Program-made: the position numbers and the translations under genes
Part shown: positions 60,401 to 64,000 of the stretch, one piece after another
Layout of the letters: each line of letters starts with the position of its first letter
How positions within the stretch are numbered: the stretch's first letter is position 1
DNA from: Podarcis melisellensis
Taxonomy: Eukaryota
Assembly (NCBI GenBank): GCA_964234715.1
Contig: OZ174279.1
Strand: one strand, 5' to 3'
DNA: 64,000 bases
The notes under the pieces: generated by a model
The model's database searches: none
Told to the model about the DNA's origin: nothing
The model's input: the letters and a program-made list of their open reading frames with translations, nothing else

Positions 60401-61850
60401 ACTACATTCTGCAAGATACTAAAACCAAATTAAATTTAGTACCCAGTACCCACACAGATTGGCATGCATCGAACCAGGCACAGAAAATAAAATAATGCAA
60501 ACATATGCTATTGGCTAAACACTAAGGACCAGATTCAAACGAGTAGTTTTGCTAGCAGGAGCCCCCGCAAGGGCTCCCCCTAGAGCAGTAGGGCTTTCCA
60601 CTCTCGCCCTGTGTGCCTGTCCATCAAATCAGTCCTGCGGGGGTCAGGATAATCCATTGAACAGTGTGCAGGGGGAGGAGGGGGGAGGTTCTTCTGCTGG
60701 GCAAGCAAAAATACTTGTGCGGTTGAAATTGGTTTAGTGCAATGTTGAATTCTTCCCTCTTAGGTTGTATTTAAGAAAGTCATGTTCATTGACTTCAGTG
60801 GGTCTTTTCTGAGTAAGAGTAGCATTGAATGCCACCCTAAGCTTTGACTTAGCAGTGCAAAGCTATCCATGTCTACTCAGAAGTAAGTCCCTTTGAGTTC
60901 AGTGGGGCTTAATCCCCAGTGGTTGGACCTAGGAGTGCAGCCTTAGCCACCACTGGCAGGCACAATGGCAGGACACAGATGGTGTGGGAAGTTACTCAGT
61001 CTAGATGTTCTGGTCAGAAGCAGAGCCTGTGACACAGTATTTTTGGTCTTAGAGGTATGGCATGCATGACACATGGTCAGTTGACAACTTATCAAGTGAA
61101 AAATGAACCCTTGTTCGAAACAAAACCCAAACATTGTGAAAGGCCCAATTCTTTTAAAACCTAAATGGACAGGAGGCAGACCCACTGTGCTGTGGTGCTC
61201 CCCATGCTGCTTTGGCAGTGGTGGAAAGGAGACAACCAGGCCAATGGGCATGATAGCTTTCCTCTGCGGCGTCACCAGCAGAGCAATGTCAGAATGGGAA
61301 GTGGCCATTTTTCAGGCGGCCTGTGCATGCATTTCTTCTCTTTGCATGTTGCCAGAAAGGTGTGGGAAATGACCAGGCTACAGTGACTCCTATGTCCCCA
61401 TACTGTTAGGACAAGAATATACATTGAACCATTATTCAGCCCTGGACTGTCTTTGTTCATGTAAACCATCGTGCTGTGTGTACTTCAAAAGCTTTTCAAG
61501 ATAAGAAATTCTTCAAATTTCACTGTGATTCACATGGAAGGTGTTTGTCTAACTGAGGCCTGTTCTTGATGCCTTAGAACTATTGTTCTCTAAATCATGG
61601 CAGCCTGCTGAGAGGACTTGAATATTTAAATGTTGAAATGGCCCACATGCGTAAATTAGGTTTTGTACATTCCGGAAATTAAACCTCATGTAGAAGAGAT
61701 GGCCTTGTCAGAACAAAGACTCTCATTTGAAATCGGCCAGGCATACCAAAGGATACCTTTTTGGGATACATCAAATATAGATGTTCTTTATATAATGCAA
61801 GAATAGAAATACACAACAATTATCTCCTAAAGCTACCTTACGCCATCAAC

Positions 61851-62150
61851 CAGTGGTTCCCAGTTGGCGGTCTGAGGACCCCAATAAGTTTGTGGCACAT
61901 ACCCATCAACTGGCCAGGATATCCCATTTTGGGGCACCATGCTCTTGTATGGCTCACATGACTCATGTGGGAATGTAGTCTGGAAGACCCACGATCCGGT
62001 TTTGCATTAGGATGTGTTGGAGGGTATGGTGGCACCATTCACATTACAGAAGCTATCACAGAGAGATCAGCATTTTCAAAAGTAGGGGTTCCATGGCTTG
62101 GCTTATGAAAAACGGGGGGTTCTCTGTACTTAGTTAGTTGGGAACCACTG
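61851..62150. mobile_element. Older hAT MITE
   Basis: TIRs CAGTGGTTCCCA / TGGGAACCACTG; degenerate 8-bp TSD ccatcaac / ccatagac. Confidence 0.7.
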
Positions 62151-64000
62151 CCATAGACAATTAAGCACGTAGGTTCTTCTGCCTTGTCCACATATCTGTG
62201 TTATGTATCTTCTGAACTCATCCCCATTCTGTCCTGTGTTACACTGAATGTATCCCTCTGGAGCACGTGGCCTCAGTGCAAAGTCCAGGGATGCGGTGGG
62301 CACTCTGGAGAGCCCCCCAAAAGAAAAGCGGGTGGCAGTGATGGGCAGGTAGCAAGGCAAGCGTCTGAGGGATGAAAAATGACTGCTGACCAGGGCAATT
62401 GCCCCAGTCTGCCTAATGGAAGGGATGGCCCTTTGGAAGTGCCATGATGCTGCTAAGCTTACCACAGGCACCTGGTTGGCCACCATCAGCACAGAATGCT
62501 GGACTCGACAGGCCTTTGGCCTGATCCAGCAGGGACCTTCTTATGATCTCACTTCATGTTTTCTCAAGAGTTTAAAAATGAGCAGCCTCTTCCCCAAGAT
62601 TCACACCTGTCACTTCCATAGTCTAGCGAAGCTCTCTTTCCTACCCTTTCCTCTTGTCTTGTATCCCTGCTTCATGGCATGCTGCTTCCCTTGTGCAATA
62701 TGTGCGCTGCCACAGCCATCCCCTGATCTAGGCAACAGTTGCAGTATGTTCCCGCTCTCCCTTTTTGTCAGAGTAAAGCTGTCTCTTATCGTGCAGCTTC
62801 ACCGATTCCCGTATGTTCCATTCCAAGTTGCTTGCTGTTTGAATAGTGAAAGGCTGCTTCAGAGACTTTGAGGGTTGAGTGTCTCCTTAATCTCTGGATG
62901 GATTAGGCAAGAAATCCACAGAGTGTAGGATGCTGCTCAAAAGGGAAGCATGGGAAGTAAAATTGGAATGGTAAAAAACTGCCTTCTGCCCACATTTAAT
63001 GCCAGCCGTGCTGGAGAGAGCAGAACGGCAGGTGTGGTGCTGGAACGAACCCAGAAGTGTTTCACAGCTTTGGCAGCTATCAGACTCCAGCCTGCAACCT
63101 AAAACATAGAAATAAGGGTGTGTGTGTGTGTTTTTTTGTGTGTGTGTGTGTATAGAGAGAGGGGTGTGTGAAGGCTGAGCATGCTTGGATAGCATTTAGC
63201 CTCCCAGATGATTGAGGTTTCTGGCCCTTTCCTCATATTGCTTTGGAACTGGGCACAGGATTGCCAATGGCATGCCAGACGCCTAGGGATTAAGCTGGCA
63301 TCAATTCTAAACAAGCCGCTTGGGGGCAAGAGTTGGTTGAGGTGCATTGGGCTCCTGCTTTGCTAGCACTGCCACAGCCCGCAAGTTCTGAATTTCTGTG
63401 CTTGTTAGTATTGTGCGCCTAGGTAAATGGATCAGATTTCAAGGGAAATCTTTCCTCATTTTTCCCTTCTGTTGCTTTGTGGTACTACTGAGGAGGGGGA
63501 GAGTTTGTATTGCAATGGTTAGGAGCCAAGAGAAAGTCCCCTTTCCCGGTATTCGCTCACATATGTTCACATTGATGTATTGCAGTAAGCTAGGCATCGC
63601 AAGTAGCAAATGAATAACAGGCCCTCTGGTTTCCTATTGGACTTTATGTGAGTGAGTGAGTGAGTGAGTGAGTGAGTGAATGAGTGCGTGAGACAGACGG
63701 ACAAGGCAGGCAGGCAAGTACATCTAGCTTATCTAGCTGAAATGGGAGTTCAGATCCCACCAGGGAGCTTCCTAGCTTGGCAGAAGGTGCTCCCGTGTTG
63801 AAACAGTGTGGTAGGCTTGTGGTGGATCACACTGGCAGTCATGTTGCATTTCCTTTCCTTCAGATCCTTCCCTGGGTTGTGGGGAATTTGCAATTCTATT
63901 CCAGTTTCTCCCTTCAGCTACTTCCCAGGCAGATGCTGTCTATGCATTGCCATGGCAACGCTGTGTTCGCCTCTCCATGGAATTGCATGCTGGAAAAATA

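Noticed and set aside
1-64000. Prokaryotic systems (CRISPR arrays, operons, prophage)
   Set aside because: The sequence is intron-rich vertebrate DNA; no repeat-spacer array or operon-like ORF packing is present.

Overview
Vertebrate genomic DNA, most likely a squamate lizard; the Sauria SINEs and the L2/CR1/hAT/Tc-mariner repertoire look lacertid-like (inference). Three co-oriented + strand genes were traced exon by exon from splice sites and reading-frame phase: the 3' 30 coding exons of RRP12 (256-16614; 5' end lies outside the window), all of ARHGAP19 (12 exons, 21036-37514) and coding exon 1 plus the start of intron 1 of SLIT1 (ATG 53638). This is the human RRP12-(FRAT2-FRAT1)-ARHGAP19-SLIT1 order, but no intact FRAT ORF is visible between RRP12 and ARHGAP19. 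That interval instead holds a 1356-bp non-autonomous hAT element (15-bp TIRs, perfect 8-bp TSD CACTAGGG). It splits an L2 LINE and carries about 870 bp of CpG-island, promoter-like cargo, making it a Pack-TIR candidate. A second highlight is an in-frame TGA in the symmetric penultimate exon of ARHGAP19, which could toggle a C-terminal PDZ-type ligand. Most ORFs in the supplied track are spurious intronic, antisense or GC-rich frames. Family and orthologue assignments rest on recalled sequences, not database searches.
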